From: Amphiscolops sp. MND2022
Taxonomy: Eukaryota
Length of the DNA stretch: 64,000 nt
Reading direction: 5' to 3'
Assembly: GCA_964187785.1 (NCBI GenBank)
Contig: OZ076409.1
Coordinates: 8,496,001 to 8,560,000, forward strand
Part shown: positions 62,402 through 64,000 of the stretch, one piece after another
How the letters are laid out: the number at the start of each line of letters is the position of its first letter
Numbering within the stretch: position 1 is the stretch's first letter
Position numbers and translations under genes: made by a program
The notes under the pieces: generated by a model
Database searches by the model: none
What the model was told of the DNA's origin: nothing
What the model saw: the letters and a program-made list of their open reading frames with translations, nothing else

Positions 62402-62483
62402 GGCTGTCACTCTATGGCTAGCCTTGGATGACGTAGACGAAGAAACGGGTTGCTTGTATTATGTTGCTGGAAGCCATAAAAAG
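62402..62483 (+). CDS. PhyH-family dioxygenase exon 4 (AVTLWLALDDVDEETGCLYYVAGSHKK); the gene probably continues beyond the window
   Basis: WxALDD...GCL...GSH PhyH signature; tttcAG/GTaggt. Confidence 0.88.
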
Positions 62484-62701
62484 GTAGGTGATTGAAAGGT
62501 GGACAAATTAAAATGACTATCAGCTGGGCATTTTTTGAGTTTCGGGGCTATTTTATATCGTAGTATTTCTCAGAAACCACTGATTATTCGAGAAAATGCC
62601 GTATTCGTTATGTACTTTTGGACCTCAGATTGTCATCGTTTTCTGGCAGATATTGTTGGCAGAGAATTTTATAGATAAAAGAACTTCGCTAAAACAAAAT
62701 A

Positions 62702-62868
62702 CAGTCAAACTCGGATAAAAGACTCATTGGGCGGTGAGAAAAGGGTTTCTTTTATCCATAGATTCTTTTATCAGTTGTCCTATTACCGTAGAAAGTTTGA
62801 CTTGCATAAAATCGGAGAAGTGAAAACGTTTCTTATATCCGAATGTTTCTTTTATCCGAGTTCGACTG
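62702..62868. mobile_element. Small pogo-like MITE
   Basis: TA-CAGTC(A/G)AACTCGGATAAAAGA TIRs. Confidence 0.82.
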
Positions 62869-64000
62869 TATATCGGAGCATTTGAAAAATGATGATCTTC
62901 GGCTCCAAAGCGAGAGCGCTAGAAGTATGAAATTGCGTTATACTGATGTAAAACAAACTCAAACGCAAAGTTTTTTCTACGCTGATTGTAAGAGAGTTTC
63001 ATTTTGGAGAAGTGCATATAAGCACGGCGGATGATAACCATCTGTCGCAACAAGGACTGTTGAAAGTTAGTGTATTGTATACACGTGTTTTCAACAAATC
63101 TTGATCTTTTAATTTTCGATACATATACGACTGGAAAGTTGTTTCTACGATTATACACGAAAATATTCTTCCGTGTATTGATCAATAAGATTGTGATTAA
63201 TTTGAGAAAATGTATATGCTGCATAGCTGCATAGTACATCATCGAAATTGAAGAAAGCGTATAAAAGCTGAAAATCTGGAAAACCTTGTTGAAATTAGTT
63301 TTGATTCATATAACTGGAACAAATAGTTGAAATCTTTTCGAGTTTTCTTTTTTAGGAGTCGGAAAAAATTTTCGACTACTTATGCAATCGTGTTGTTTTT
63401 TTTTGAGGCTTCGAGCGAGCGAAGCGAAGCGACGAAGTCTCTATTGTTCCGCGTTTACTAGAGTTTTGGTTTTTTTTTTCGCGTGACATACCCTCTGCAT
63501 TTGTATTAATTGAAGGCTATTTTCTCAGAGCCTATTTTTCCGCGACCATCCAAACTTTCCAAAAAGAAACGCAACTTGATGCTCTTTCTAACCGTGTAAA
63601 AACTTTCCGAAAATTTTCCACCGGCGCGATTTTATTAGCTTCGAAAGCGCGAAATTTTCGAAAATTTTTAGGGTTTTTGTCGATTTTGCTATTTTTCTTT
63701 TTGCAAACCACAGCGAATTGGCCCGATGTAGGTACTAACCGACGTAAAACGATGTTTTCTTTAATTTGGTGAAAGTTTTTTATCCTAGAATTATTGGGCT
63801 TTCCGAAAATGACCATTAAAAATAGGAAAAATTTTCGGTTTTTTTGCGTAAAAAATTTCTCAACCTATTTTCAAGTAGCAATCAGTTCTAATCCAAGCAG
63901 TGGTGTTTCTACTCGATAACAGGTCTGCTTAGCTGCCCAAAGTTAGAAATTGGAAAGTCACAACGTTTACGTCGGACAGATAAAGACAAAAAAGTTTGAT

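Overview
AT-rich, repeat-dense eukaryotic genomic DNA, probably from an invertebrate animal (inferred from GT-AG introns and the TE spectrum; species cannot be determined). Three spliced host genes on the + strand were reconstructed by hand: the 3' part of a KIF12-like kinesin (10 exons, 2698-35628, with a 21.3-kb intron), a compact SLC25 mitochondrial carrier (53155-54416) and the 5' part of a PhyH-family Fe(II)/2-oxoglutarate dioxygenase (57631 to beyond 62483). Most other sequence is mobile DNA. It includes an intact Ty1/copia element with non-canonical TT...TA ends (12656-17530, -) and a degenerate copia in a tandem LTR-internal-LTR-partial arrangement, where the filled and empty insertion sites sit side by side (43192-51034). 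It also holds a CRE-like RLE non-LTR fragment cut by two MITEs, decayed CR1/L2-like LINEs, a DD34E Tc1 element, about 15 copies or fragments of a Helentron/DINE-like (HINE) family, foldback MITEs that share cores but differ in terminal repeat arrays, and several tRNA-like Pol III boxes inside DNA elements. No rRNA, intact tRNA or CRISPR array was seen. All calls come from reading the sequence by eye; no searches were run.
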